A stretch of 59,574 nucleotides of DNA, the filler included, from Diploschistes diacapsis (lineage: Eukaryota), in assembly GCA_023645945.1 (NCBI GenBank). It is 5 parts of 5 records of this genome, joined end to end, with 100 filler letters (N's around TTAATTAATTAA, not from the genome) between each part and the next. Parts side by side here need not be neighbours in the genome. Positions count along the whole stretch, not along the records: positions 47,755 to 59,574 come from JALAIB010000799.1; 4 more parts are not named here. One strand, written 5' to 3'. Below the pieces are notes generated by a model. That model was not told the DNA's origin, did no database searches, and saw only the letters and a list, made by a program, of their open reading frames with translations. Of this stretch, positions 47,655 through 59,037 are shown one piece after another. A program made the position numbers and the translations under genes. Each line of letters starts with the position of its first letter. Within the stretch, counting starts at the first letter, position 1.

Positions 47655-47754
47655 NNNNNNNNNNNNNNNNNNNNNNNNNNNNNNNNNNNNNNNNNNNNTT
47701 AATTAATTAANNNNNNNNNNNNNNNNNNNNNNNNNNNNNNNNNNNNNNNNNNNN
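47655..47754. other. Artificial contig spacer N44-TTAATTAATTAA-N44
   Basis: Same 100-bp structure as the other spacers. Confidence 0.98.
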
Positions 47755-48028
47755 CCCCAATCCCCCCTCTTCCTCTTCAACGCCCCCCAATCCACGTTCT
47801 TCCACCGGTCATCCATGTCGACTTCCATCTCCTCCGCGTCCGTCACGGGCGACGACTCACCGGAGAACCTGTGCCCAGTATACTCGCGAGAGTATCCGTC
47901 GCCATCGATAGGCGGACTAACGCTGTAGGGGCGAGGGGGAGTGGAGATTGGGGGCAGGTCCGAAGCGTCTACAGCGCCTGACATCATATATTCAGTGCTG
48001 CTGTTGTCGCTTTCGGTTTCGCTGCTGC

Positions 48029-48087
<59 letters not shown>

Positions 48088-48551
48088 TTGTCGTTGTCGT
48101 TGTCGTTGTCATTGTCGTTGTCGTTGTCATTGTGGGCGTTGGCGGTAAGACTGGCTGAGTCCATAGGTGAAGGAGGCAAGGGGCGAGTGGGCTCGGGCTG
48201 AAGGGCAAGACGCGCAGAACGCCGGGGTACTGATCGTGGTTGGTGTGGCGCTGCCTTCCGTGGAGGTCGGAGGAACGAAGCTTGGGGCGTCGATGGCACC
48301 TTGCTGGAACTTGACAGGGAGGTGGCTTTGACGGGCAACTTCTCGGATGACGGATGCTCGTTGCGGATCTTGGCGCGGGCGTTGGCGTGTTTATTGCCAG
48401 CTTTCTTGACGCCAGCTGCAGCAGACTTCGTGGAGGGAGATGACTTCTTGAGAGGAGAGGATTTCTTTGAGGGAGACGGGATACGGACAACCGTGGTCGC
48501 CGCGGCGCTGGCCTCCTGGGTCTTTTTCTGGGCACGAGCAACGACAGGCAT
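47755..48551 (-). CDS. Hypothetical low-complexity protein (Lys/Arg/Ser/Pro-rich N-terminus, (ND)n tract, acidic region), 3' truncated
   Basis: ATG-initiated frame open to the contig edge; PRRSARL and KRKR basic motifs; no recognisable family. Confidence 0.5.
48031..48132. repeat. Hexanucleotide microsatellite (TCGTTG)~17, encoding poly-(Asn-Asp)
   Basis: Seen directly, with a few variant units. Confidence 0.95.
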
Positions 48552-49431
48552 TGCGAAATGGTCTACGTGCGAACGTTAATTGAAGCGAGAGTGGATATGA
48601 AGAGCGGTGCTTTACAGCGAAATCAAGAGTATTTGCCTGCAAATGTAGAGAAATTGAGTGATGAAGATAAAGAAGGAAGACATCTATGATGCAGGAACGG
48701 ACTTTCTTGATATTACTTTTACTATCCTCTAAGGGGCTGCTTGCGAGATCGAGCGTTTCAGATATCCGAATAGCTACAATAGCTACAGCTGCTTGGTGAA
48801 GCTAGTATAACCAGCCATTGAGAAGCGTCCAATTGGGCACATACATAGGGTCAACAGCAATAACCTGAACAGCGGCGGGTAGAGCTACTACATATTCAGC
48901 AGCAGCAACAATAAAATGTAGACGGGAGATTGATCAAAAGTATGGTTCCCCAAATCATGCCCCTTTAGTTTCATTCGTTTCAGCGAGCTTCTTATTGTGC
49001 AGGACCTGTGTGGTTGCTGAACGACTTATCTGCCTCGATGAACTCCTGAGCGGTCCGTTGTTGTTCCCTCTTTTGGACTAGTTTAGGGTTTGTCTTTAGC
49101 GAGGAACGTGCCGCCAGGCCCCAGGAGTCAACGTCCGAATGAGGCCATTAATTGCGAGAGGTGAGATATCATTATGGCCTATTGATTCATCTGTTCTACT
49201 ACAGGTCTTATGCGTAAAGACAGCTTGAGTAGGTTGGGAACAAGACAGCAGCAGAGGATGCTGACTAGATTGCAGGTAGCAGTGAGGGGTTCCTTATGAA
49301 TGTGGCTCAAGAGGTAGCGCCATCAGCCAACTTCTTCGTGTGATTTACAGTCTCAAACCAAAATCAATTCAGTTCAGCGACTAGACGTTTTCTACCTTCC
49401 AATCTCTTTGAACCAGCCATTAAACCCCACA

Positions 49432-50397
49432 ATGCCGCACACGAAAATCGTCCTCGTCGGCGCCTCCGGCCGCTTAGGCCAATTCATCCTCTCCTCTCTC
49501 CTCTCCTTCTTTCCCAACGCAACAATCACCGCTCTCCTCCGTCCCTCCTCAAAAGCCTCTCTCCCTTCCTTCGTCCACCGCGCCACACTACCAGACGATC
49601 CTACACCCTCCAACCTCCTCCTCCTTCTCCGAGGCCAAGATGTCTTGATCACCTCTCTGCCCCCCAGCACCGACACCAGCCTCCAGCGTGCAATTGCCGA
49701 TGCCGCATATGGCTCTGGCGTGAAGCTGATGATCCCGGCGGATTTTGGCAGCTGCGATAGCGCGGACCCGAGGACGCTAGAAACTATGAAGCTGTATAGA
49801 GCGAAGAGGGATGTCAGGGAGTATGTCGCTAGCTTGGCTACCCGGGCGGAGAAGGAGGGAGGGGTATTTGGGTGGACGAGCATGGTTTGCGGGCATTTCT
49901 TCGACTACGGTCTGGGGACGAAGTTGCTGGGCTTCGATGTCGAAGAGAGGAAGGTGAAGATGTTTGATGGCGGGACAGCGAAGTGGAGTACCTGTACGAG
50001 GGAGAGGATAGGGGAGGCTGTGGCGAGGGCTGTAATGGTTGATGGAGGGGAGGACGAGGGGAGGAGGGGTAAAGTGAGGAATAGATTGCTCTATGTGCAG
50101 AGTTTTGCGGTTAGTCAGAGGGAGGTGCTGAGTACGTTGGAGAGGGTGCTTGGAGAAGGCGGGAAGGGGGAGGAATGGAAGATCGAGGAAGTGGACAGCG
50201 GTAAGCTGATTAGCAGGTTGAAGGAGGAGGTGGAGAGAACTGGGGATAGTGAGAAGACTGAGGAGCTGGTAGGGGTATTGGGGATGACCGATGCGGACTG
50301 GAGGCAACGGAAAGGGTTTGCGAATGGGGTACTGGGGCTGGAAGACGAGGATTTGGAGGTGGTTGTTAAGAGGGTAATGAAGGAAATGGAAGCTTGA
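49432..50397 (+). CDS. NmrA/isoflavone-reductase-like NAD(P)-binding oxidoreductase, intronless
   Basis: KIVLVGASGRLG Rossmann motif, GVKLMIPADFG, WTSMVCGHFFDY, IGEAV, YVQSFAVSQREVL. Confidence 0.9.
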   Translation: MPHTKIVLVGASGRLGQFILSSLLSFFPNATITALLRPSSKASLPSFVHRATLPDDPTPSNLLLLLRGQDVLITSLPPSTDTSLQRAIADAAYGSGVKLMIPADFGSCDSADPRTLETMKLYRAKRDVREYVASLATRAEKEGGVFGWTSMVCGHFFDYGLGTKLLGFDVEERKVKMFDGGTAKWSTCTRERIGEAVARAVMVDGGEDEGRRGKVRNRLLYVQSFAVSQREVLSTLERVLGEGGKGEEWKIEEVDSGKLISRLKEEVERTGDSEKTEELVGVLGMTDADWRQRKGFANGVLGLEDEDLEVVVKRVMKEMEA

Positions 50398-50988
50398 GGC
50401 GAATGCGAGACCTCCGTGACTGCAAACAGAGAATAGCTTCTAACAGTATGAAGCAGGCTTTGTAAACGAATAGTATAAGGTAAATATAGCATTATTAACT
50501 GATTTTGTCTGCAGTGTGGGATGTTCCGATTGCAATCATAAATACCATTGGTATCTACAAAATTCTGTGATTTGGATCAAAAATCATATGGAAGACTTCA
50601 GCATCAGCTACTGTACCCCTTCGTTCGAACAGAAAGAAAGCAATTCGGTTGAAGAATATTGAGAATGTAAAGGGTCTTGTGCCAGAAGACAAGTACGTAT
50701 TGACCATGTCTTCTGAATTCCAAAGAATTTTCTCGACATTCGCTAGCCTCTGCTTCAACTATGAGCATTGCCTGAATCATTGTTTTACCCTGACATTCTC
50801 TACCACCGATGTATCTTTCCACCTCAGCATGCCATTAAAAAGATGATTTGACTATCAATATCTACTTCTCCGCTCAACCCATATCCATACAGCAGCCTCG
50901 CAGCCAGACCGTCGCGTCAGTCTACTTCCGCTTACACTGCAAAGCTCCTGCTAATCTGCATCTAGCCCAATAATCCTACAAGCAAGCC

Positions 50989-51882
50989 ATGGCCGGCTCC
51001 CCTAGGCCCCAAACGCGTTCTGCTCTATCAAGGTCTCCTCCAGTCCAGGGCCCAGCAACTACAGCGATGCACCCACCAGCCAGTCCCTCTAAACCAGCCA
51101 CAGCAGACACCGCCGCCTCGGAAGCCTGCAATCTCGACCCGGAAGCAGTTCTCACACGCACGGAGTCACAGGTGGCAGAGACTGAAAGACGGGGAGAAGC
51201 ACTAAAAGGCGCAGCACCACGGCCAGCAGATGCGGCCTTTGAAAACGAGAACAAGCAGGACAACTACAACGAAACCGAGAATGGAACGCCCGAAACCCAG
51301 GCCCAGCGCGACGCAGATGCAAAAGCAAGGCGGAAGATTGTGAGTTTCGCTGCACTATTTACTTGAGCCTACTCTACCCTATCCTACCCTTTAATCTCAA
51401 TCCCTTCCACCCCATCCCCTCTTTCCTCATACGCTCCCATCTCCCAATCCACCACCTCGCTCCACGCCATCCCCTAACCACTATCAAAACCACAGTCCTC
51501 CCTCCTCGCCCAGATTAGCACCACCTCCGCCAAAATCGCCGAAACAAAGCAAGCCATCGCCGAGGGTAGGGCCAAGCTAAGGTGAGCACCTTCCGTCTCC
51601 CTTTTCTTCTCTCCCTCTTACCCCCCCTCTCTTCACCCATCTCCCTCCCTTACCAATTCCCTCCCCAACCAGCATCCCTACCAATCTCCCAACCTTCCCT
51701 TCCTCTAAAGCAGAAACAGCAGCCCCAACGCCGAAGCCACGATCCAGCACCACATCGACCTCCTGCACGCCTACAACGGCATCCGGGACGTAGGCGGCGG
51801 ACTGATGGGCCTGATCGCGGAGCGGCAGCGGTGTCGGGTGCGAGATGTTTATGCGCGGTTTGGGGTTGGGGAGGGGAGTTGA
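50989..51882 (+). CDS. Swi5/Sae3-family recombination mediator, 3 exons
   Basis: The last exon (missed in-frame by the ORF track) reads AEATIQHHIDLLHAYNGIRDVGGGLMGLIAERQRCRVRDVYARFGV, the Swi5 domain pattern; GTGAGT and GTGAGC donors. Confidence 0.85.
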
Positions 51883-54800
51883 TCGAGGCTTTTGGGGAGG
51901 GAGAGCACGGCGAGGAAAGTTGAGTGTGGGGGGATTTAGATGGGGGAAAAGTAAAGGAGAGAGGAGTGGGCAAGAGGAAAAAACGAGCCCAGGAGGGTCG
52001 GGGGACTGTGTGCGGCCACACACGGGCCTTGCCGTCGAAAAAAAAAATAGTAACGACGGTAGGCGAGACAGACGAAGCGGGTGATGGGGATACGATACCT
52101 ACAGGCTACCTACTGGCGGTGGTGTTGTCGTCGAAACGCTGGCAACAAGGGGGTGCTTTTCGCGGCTGCAGCCTCTAGGAACGGGGATGGCGCACGCTTG
52201 TGCTGTTTGCCTCCTCTGGCTGCCCAGCGCTTGCCACTTGCACCTCGTGACTGCTGCTGCTGCTCCTGCTGGAGCTACGCTATGTCTCTGCGCTGCGTGC
52301 TGGATGGGGCTCTTGTGCCTCCGCCGTATGCTCACGGATGCATCTTGTCCCTGCTGTACGGAAGAGGGGAGCTCGAGCAGTACCGCCCGTTGGGGCATGA
52401 CTGAGCGAAACGGAGCCGGGCAGAGAAGAGAAGTGCCAATACCATGGTATACGGGGGGTATGGATACAGCTACGTTACGTTTTACGGGTTGTGGGGAACT
52501 TTGCTGAGGAACCGCAACGGCAATAGCAGCAGCAGCAGCGGGGAGCAGCAGTGGGGGAGCGGGGAATCACAAAAGGCAAGGGAGGCAGCCAGCTGCATGA
52601 GCTATTTCCGTTCATAGTTTCAACCCCTTTCACACCTCTTTTTGATGGTAAAAATTCCTCGGCCGCAGGGTAGCGGCAAGCTCCCGCCCGCCACGAACGC
52701 ATGGATCAAGGTGCTCGAAGCGTCACAACTTACAGATTGCATTTTTGCTGAACGCGGCCGGGGCCTTCTTCCTATATCTGGTGCTAATTTTACTTGGTGG
52801 CTTGCGTGCAGAAGCGGCCCAAAGTTCGCACGGTAGGTAGGGGATCAAAAACGAGTGCGGGCGTTCTTCTGACCGCTACGATGATGTACGAGGGAGATTC
52901 ACGGGGCGCTGGCGATTGCTTGGAGCCGTACTAATACTACTACTACTACTACTACTACGACCGTGGCGACGTTGGCATCGGTGCAAGCTTGTAGCGAATG
53001 AGCCCCTGATCGGAGGGTTGGGACGGCGTAGAAGCACTGCGTGGCCGATCAGCTCCGACTTGTGTCGAATCCCTGCGAAACGGGATGATAGGGGTTGGGG
53101 AGTCCGAGGAAGAATACATCGCAATGGCATTTGGCAGCTTTTTTGGAGAAAGCTCGAGCTCGTACCCGGTCGTTGTCTGACGAGTCTGGACGAGACTAAG
53201 CGCTTGTGTTCTACTCGGCATGCGGTGAGACTGGTTGCTGCCGGCTGGGGAGATTTGATGATGGAAAAGGAAAAGGGCCAGGGAATGGGTGCTGCTGGAG
53301 TGTATTGCGCTGTCAGTGGTCGGTCATCCGGGCAGGGGCCATGAAGGTGAATGATCAGGGCGGCGATCGAGACATTGCATTGCACCATATGCGCTGCACG
53401 GAGCAAGGGGATCCTCCTTCATGCTGCTCGATCTGCTTGGCGTTGACACTGCAGGAAGACCCCTCCAATCGAATTCGTTTCGGCGAAGCGAGCACGAAGT
53501 TCACAGAGGGACGGTAACGGAAAGTGAGAGCGCACACACAACGTCGTAGACTGCATCCTGAATATGGAATCATGAGGATGCACTTGGTAGTAGGAGAAGA
53601 CGTTGATCTGACAGGTGCTTACGCAGACCAAAGGCCAGTGGCTTTCCCCGTGCGCGAGATAAGCAGGAGAAATGGGAAAGATTGTGGAGTAGCGCTCGCT
53701 CAGGACTACTGTCAGGAGGAGGCAGAGAGCGCAGACGACTCTGGTCTAGATTCCTGTCGCAAGGAGAAAAAGCCACGATGGCTCATCTTCCGATATCACC
53801 GAGATTCTGCCGCCGACGTAATCTCCCGGTTGTAGTAGAAACACGTTGTTGGTTTGCCAATGCTCAGCAAAGCCTAGCGAGAAGGCCACCAAACACTACC
53901 ATTGAATCAGAAGAGCATCCAGCTCCGGAATTTGACTGGCCGACGCATGTTTGGGGCGAGTTATAGACTTGCTCGATTCGCGAGACGGTAGCAATAGTAG
54001 CAGCAGTAGCAGTAGGAGTAGTAGGAGTAGCAGGAGTGGCTCCGTCGGGGGAACGGAAAGGTGTGAGATTCGCAATGCAGGAACAAATTGGAGGGAGGCA
54101 ATGAGGATTTTGGCGTGCTGCTTCTTCCCCGTCTCACAGCCTTAACGGCACGTGATTGGCCAGACGGAATCTAAGGAGTCAAAGCAGAGTCGCTGAGTCA
54201 CTGACTCGGCTGACTCGGCTGACTCGGCTGAGTGAGCCACCGAGGCGGCACACCGGGGTTTTAGCCTGGCCTCGTTCCGGGACAAGGCGCGGGTTGCGGG
54301 TGCAGGTGCGGATGCGGGTGCGGGAGAATGTTGTTGAAGGGGGAGTGTTAGTTTCTACGGGCGTGGATTTCACTAAGCCCCCGTTGACCCAGGAGCCCGG
54401 GGTGGTTTGAGACGCCATTTGTGCGTGGGAAAAACGTCATGCTCGGTCATGATTGGCTCCCGTCTCCATATCCATGTCCATCCTACCGCACTCGTTGAAT
54501 TTACTACGAAGACTCAAGCACGAGAGGCAGTATAACAGAGCAGCAGTCCTCGTCCGGGGAAGCAGGCGAGCAAGTTGAAGAGAGAGAGAGAGAGAGAGAA
54601 GTTTTTCCAAGTGGGAGAGAAAGAGCGCGGAGCCTATGGTGGCGCATCACTGCTGTGCCAAGAATGAAGTTGCTGCTGCAGAGTTCCGTGCCTAACTGGA
54701 TAAAGTGCACTCACTGTCTGCAGTGCTTCGTTACCTACTTGTTCTACAATAAATGGCCTGCCTCTTTGTCGTACTCTTACTACTGGAATGCTGCTGAAGC

Positions 54801-56625
54801 TCTACCTACCTGCCTTATCTAGATAAGTGGCTATCGCAGTGCAAGTCTTTCGATAATCGTTTTCGAATGGGCTTCCCCAAGGCCCAAGCTCAAGGGCTCA
54901 AGGTTGCTAGCTGCCAAACAAGCGGGATGGAATGCCGAGAGCTGAGTGGTTCGGTAGTAGGTCCATTGCCCATTGCCGTGCCGGCGGGACGTTTCGAATA
55001 CATAATAATAATACTAATTAATACCTACTAGCTAATACCTGATACATACATACTAAACCGCAAGAGGAATGGATGAATAATGACAAAAGGTCAAGTGGAA
55101 GCGGGAACGGCGCGGATCCTTCTTGTGGCCCGCGCGACAGTTTCGTGTTGAAAGAAAAAAAAAGAGAAAAAAAAAGAAAAGAAGATACATTTTTTCCTGC
55201 CCAGAGTATTGATATGTATGATATGCGGTTGTTGCACGTTGTGCAGAAATGCCAATAATGTGCATTGCATGTGAGACAGCAGCCTGTATCTACTTCTTCT
55301 TCTTCTCCCCCAAACACCGAGAAATCTAGTCTAGTCTGTACCATTCATTGTAGCACCATTGATTCAGCCGTGGCCGCTTGACAGGCCAGTTCTCGCGGGA
55401 AAAAAGAAAGAGAGCCATCAGCTCGGCTCGGCTCAGCTCAGCTCAGCTCAGCTTCCTAGCAGAGCCTTATCTGCCTGCCCTACCCTACTTACTACCTACC
55501 TCTGTACAGAGTTTATGCTGTCCTGGCCTGTCCTGTCCTCCTGGCTCGACTCCTTCCTCTCCACAATCCCCATCCCACACAGACGCGTCCCCAGACTTCG
55601 GGTCGTAGAAAGTTCTTTTAGTAAACATGGAAGAAGAAGACGGAAAAACTATAATGATATTGGGACCTCACTCCCTTATGGTTATGACGATTAACATTAT
55701 TGTCGACGGCGGTCCACTCAGAGGCTCAGAGCACGCTTCCCGGTTGGACTGCTGCTGCTAACTTTTTCTGCTGACGTTGGTGACTTTGACTTTGGTGACT
55801 TTGGTGACTCGGTGAGTGAGAGCGTGGGCCTCGCTCGCATGGGGAAAAGGTCCGTCCTCCTCCCTGCACACGAGCTTCCCACGTTCCATTCTGGGGTTGT
55901 CTACAATAAGATAATAATAATAATAATAATAATCCCACCGAACCCTTCACCGGACCTGATGCTCCTCTCCTCCCTTCTTCCCCGTCTCCTCTCTCTTCAC
56001 GCTCACATCTCTCTTCTCTGACCTTGCGTATATCCTTCGTTTCGTTTCTCCTTTCAACGAAATCCTTTTGATACTCCTCCCATTCGCTGCCGGCAAGCAT
56101 CTCAAGTCACAGTGCCTCGATACCAGCCGTGTGCCAGGCATCCGTCTCTCTCTCTTTCAACTTGACACCTGATTCTTCAATCCCTCTCCCCCCCCCCCCG
56201 TCGAATATATACCATCGCCAATCAGGCTGCATCTCCAGATGGCACCTTGTCTTTGATATGCCGGAAGGCCAAACCGACTCCTCACTGCGGATCCATATCC
56301 GTACCCGTTGAACCAGCCATTACCGTTTGATCCTTCCAACGCCTTTGAATGAGAAATCGACAGCCAGATAGAGGAAAAAATTGCTAAAACACGCTGCGAA
56401 GACTTTTCTACGTTTCATTTTTACTTCACTTGTGCAGCAGATTGCGAGCTGGCAGGCCTGTGATCCTTTCCCTCTTCCATGTCTCCGCCGATGAATTCCT
56501 TGGGCAATCTGTGCTGTGGTAGACTCGAGACATAGGCCTGGTGGCGAATTCCTACAAACAAAGGGAAAACGACTGGGCCGCTTCGCCGCGAGATTGGAGC
56601 CGGGACACCGTGTACTCTCTCGACC

Positions 56626-58314
56626 ATGGCCTCCGCAACGCCGACGCTCGTTCTTACACCTCCGTGGACCCAATGGCTCTCTTGTGCGGTGGCTATTTTG
56701 TGCAACACCGCCACCCTTGCGCTGGAGATCTTACTTGCGGTTGCCTTTTCAAGCAACCACGGCAGTATTACGGTCATCACGTGCGTGGCACTTGCCTTTG
56801 AGGCCTCGTCATTAGGAGTTCTCTTGGTGCTTTGCGGAAGAGATGCCTTCCGCAGAGCTGCCTTTGGCTCGTTCCTGGACGGGAAGTCCTACATGAAGCA
56901 CGGTCACTTGATCTTCGGCGTCCTTCTTTCTGCTATCGCCGCAGCGGTCACGGTGGGTGTCAGCATCTGGATGGCGGTCAATGCGGCTCAGCTCGCCAAG
57001 GAGATGGATCGGAGTCCTTGGGGCTTCGTGGCCGCTCTGCTTGCTACCACCATACTCTCCACCCTCTTCCGAGTGCTCTTTTTCGTTCTCCTGAGCAGGG
57101 TCAGGCCCTCGTCCGAAACGCTCGAGGAGAGTCGGTCCATGCCCGAGATCTCGCAGACTCCTCGGCCTGATACCTCCAAGTCGACAATTGTCTCCAACCC
57201 CTTCACCAACCGCAAAGAGGCATCGAGTCCTCCAACGTCCCGGTCTTCCATCTCATTGAGATCCTCGTTCACCCTCCCTTCTCGAGACGGGTCCTCCAAG
57301 ACGCGCCTCGCTGTATCTCGTCCTTCTTCCAAATCTACGGATGCTGTCCAGCTCGACTTTGCGTGGGATACCTCGAGCGTTCCGCCGTCACTTCGCGACG
57401 CCGTCTACAGCCATACGAGAACCACGGCCACGCCGCTTGCCCCGATTCCGGGCTCGAGACCCGTCTCACCGGCCAAAGCTCTCGACGGGCCCTTCTTACC
57501 TCCCTCGCCACATCCTCCACTGTCTCAGCCGTCGTCTCCGATGGAAGCAACATTCTCTCATCCCTCATCTCCTACAACCACTACCGCGCACGCCGTCGGC
57601 TCCGTCGCTCTTTCTCCTCCCCAAGCTCCTTTCATGCTGTCGAACACTCCCAACAGATCGAGGACGACATCTCTTGCCTCGCGCAACAACGACTCTCCCG
57701 ATCCCCTTCAGCTGCAGAACCCTCGGCTGAAGCATGCTGCTTCTGCCACTTCGCTTGCTGAATCCGTCTCCCACCTCAAGGCCGAACCTTCGTGCGACGA
57801 AGAAAACATCCATCCTCTGTTTCGTGCCGCCAGCCCTATTCCTCCGCCTTCGGCAAGCCGAAATACCATCCTGAGGGCGGCTACAATATCGGACGCCGAG
57901 GAAGCTGCCATTGTTGGTCCCAGACGGAGGGCAGAGAGCAGGGTCGGGAGTCCTTTGGCCATGAATCCCCAACCGAGCATCGAAAGCCCAGAGCTCTTCA
58001 CGCCAAACGGCCCGAGGGAAGAGCCGGCGTGGCCGCTGCCTGCCTCCCGTGCCAGCGTCGATGAGAGTGCCGACGCGTGGAAAGATGGCGATCGACCGGC
58101 CCAGACGCCAACGCCAGCGTCGACGCCTTCACAGGATACTATCGCCTCGACGCCCGAGGAGAGGAACGATGAGGCCGGCCAAGGCGAAGAGCAGGAAGGC
58201 ACCTCGAGGGCGGAAGCCATACCCAGCTTCGTCCTGGCTGCCGGCTCCAGAGGAAGCATGCTCAATTTCGAATCGAGGCAGCGCAAGTCCGAGTACTCGA
58301 CCAACGACGAGTGA
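56626..58314 (+). CDS. Uncharacterised protein with ~4 N-terminal TM helices and a long Ser/Pro-rich tail
   Basis: 562-aa ATG ORF; hydrophobic first ~155 aa; tail islands WDTSSV, LAPIPGSRPVSPAKALDGPF, EENIHPLFR, IPSFVLAAGSR look like conserved motifs. Confidence 0.8.
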   Translation: MASATPTLVLTPPWTQWLSCAVAILCNTATLALEILLAVAFSSNHGSITVITCVALAFEASSLGVLLVLCGRDAFRRAAFGSFLDGKSYMKHGHLIFGVLLSAIAAAVTVGVSIWMAVNAAQLAKEMDRSPWGFVAALLATTILSTLFRVLFFVLLSRVRPSSETLEESRSMPEISQTPRPDTSKSTIVSNPFTNRKEASSPPTSRSSISLRSSFTLPSRDGSSKTRLAVSRPSSKSTDAVQLDFAWDTSSVPPSLRDAVYSHTRTTATPLAPIPGSRPVSPAKALDGPFLPPSPHPPLSQPSSPMEATFSHPSSPTTTTAHAVGSVALSPPQAPFMLSNTPNRSRTTSLASRNNDSPDPLQLQNPRLKHAASATSLAESVSHLKAEPSCDEENIHPLFRAASPIPPPSASRNTILRAATISDAEEAAIVGPRRRAESRVGSPLAMNPQPSIESPELFTPNGPREEPAWPLPASRASVDESADAWKDGDRPAQTPTPASTPSQDTIASTPEERNDEAGQGEEQEGTSRAEAIPSFVLAAGSRGSMLNFESRQRKSEYSTNDE

Positions 58315-59004
58315 GACTTGACTGCCCCCCGAAGATGCGAGACGAAATACTGTATATTGCATGATAGCATGATGCCAGCCAAAAGGAGACTTCGCTCCCT
58401 AGCTCCTCGATGACTCGCTCGAGACTCTGAAGTCCGGTCGGCAGCCGCCACAGGAGCACGCTGCCAGTCATGGATCTTGGGATAGCCTTGAGGGATGTCT
58501 CACAGCTGCGAAGCCACCTCGGTGACCGTAATCTTGCCAATCCGGAGCGGCTTCTTGAGAGCTTTGCTGCTGCGAAAGTCCCCGCCCACAGCGGAAATGC
58601 CGTTGGTAGGAAGGTAGATGGTGTCCTGCGGTGATGAAGAAGCCTCTGTCCGAGGAGCCCTACAGGATGCCTGAGCTGGCTTCGCATTCCGAGCACAGCT
58701 GCAATCTTGCACCGACGTTCGTACAATTGACCTGTCCAACGTCCTGGCTGTCGCTAACCCGTCCAACTCCACCGAGCCGCAACGGCACCGATACTCCAGC
58801 AACAGGATATATCCGTAGACATGCTTGCAAAGTGAAAGAGCCTTGCTTGGCCGAAGAAGAATCCTACCCGAAGCAAGTCGGATCGTGCAGTCAGCATGAA
58901 GCGAAGGCCCGATATTCTACGACCAATGTGCCATGATAAAAGCCAATGTAATAGATTCAAAAAAGGGCAAAAGGGGGAGAAGGTTAAAAGGGGTAGTTAA
59001 TGAA

Positions 59005-59006
59005 TG

Positions 59007-59036
<30 letters not shown>
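59005..59036. repeat. (TGTA)n / (TATG)n microsatellite
   Basis: About 8 units seen directly. Confidence 0.9.

Positions 59037-59037
<1 letters not shown>

Noticed and set aside
47941..48541. Poly-Thr, poly-(Ser-Leu) and poly-(Cys-Arg) ORFs
   Set aside because: Alternative-frame readings of the (TCGTTG)n microsatellite.
24820..50397. Apparent secondary-metabolite cluster (several MFS, Zn2Cys6 factor, NmrA reductase, plus the RsmA-like bZIP further left)
   Set aside because: The genes lie on different contigs joined artificially, and no PKS, NRPS or terpene synthase is present.
52081..56420. Many 60-176 aa ORFs in the contig 5 intergenic region
   Set aside because: Low-complexity, SSR-derived translations on both strands with no family motifs or consistent exon structure.
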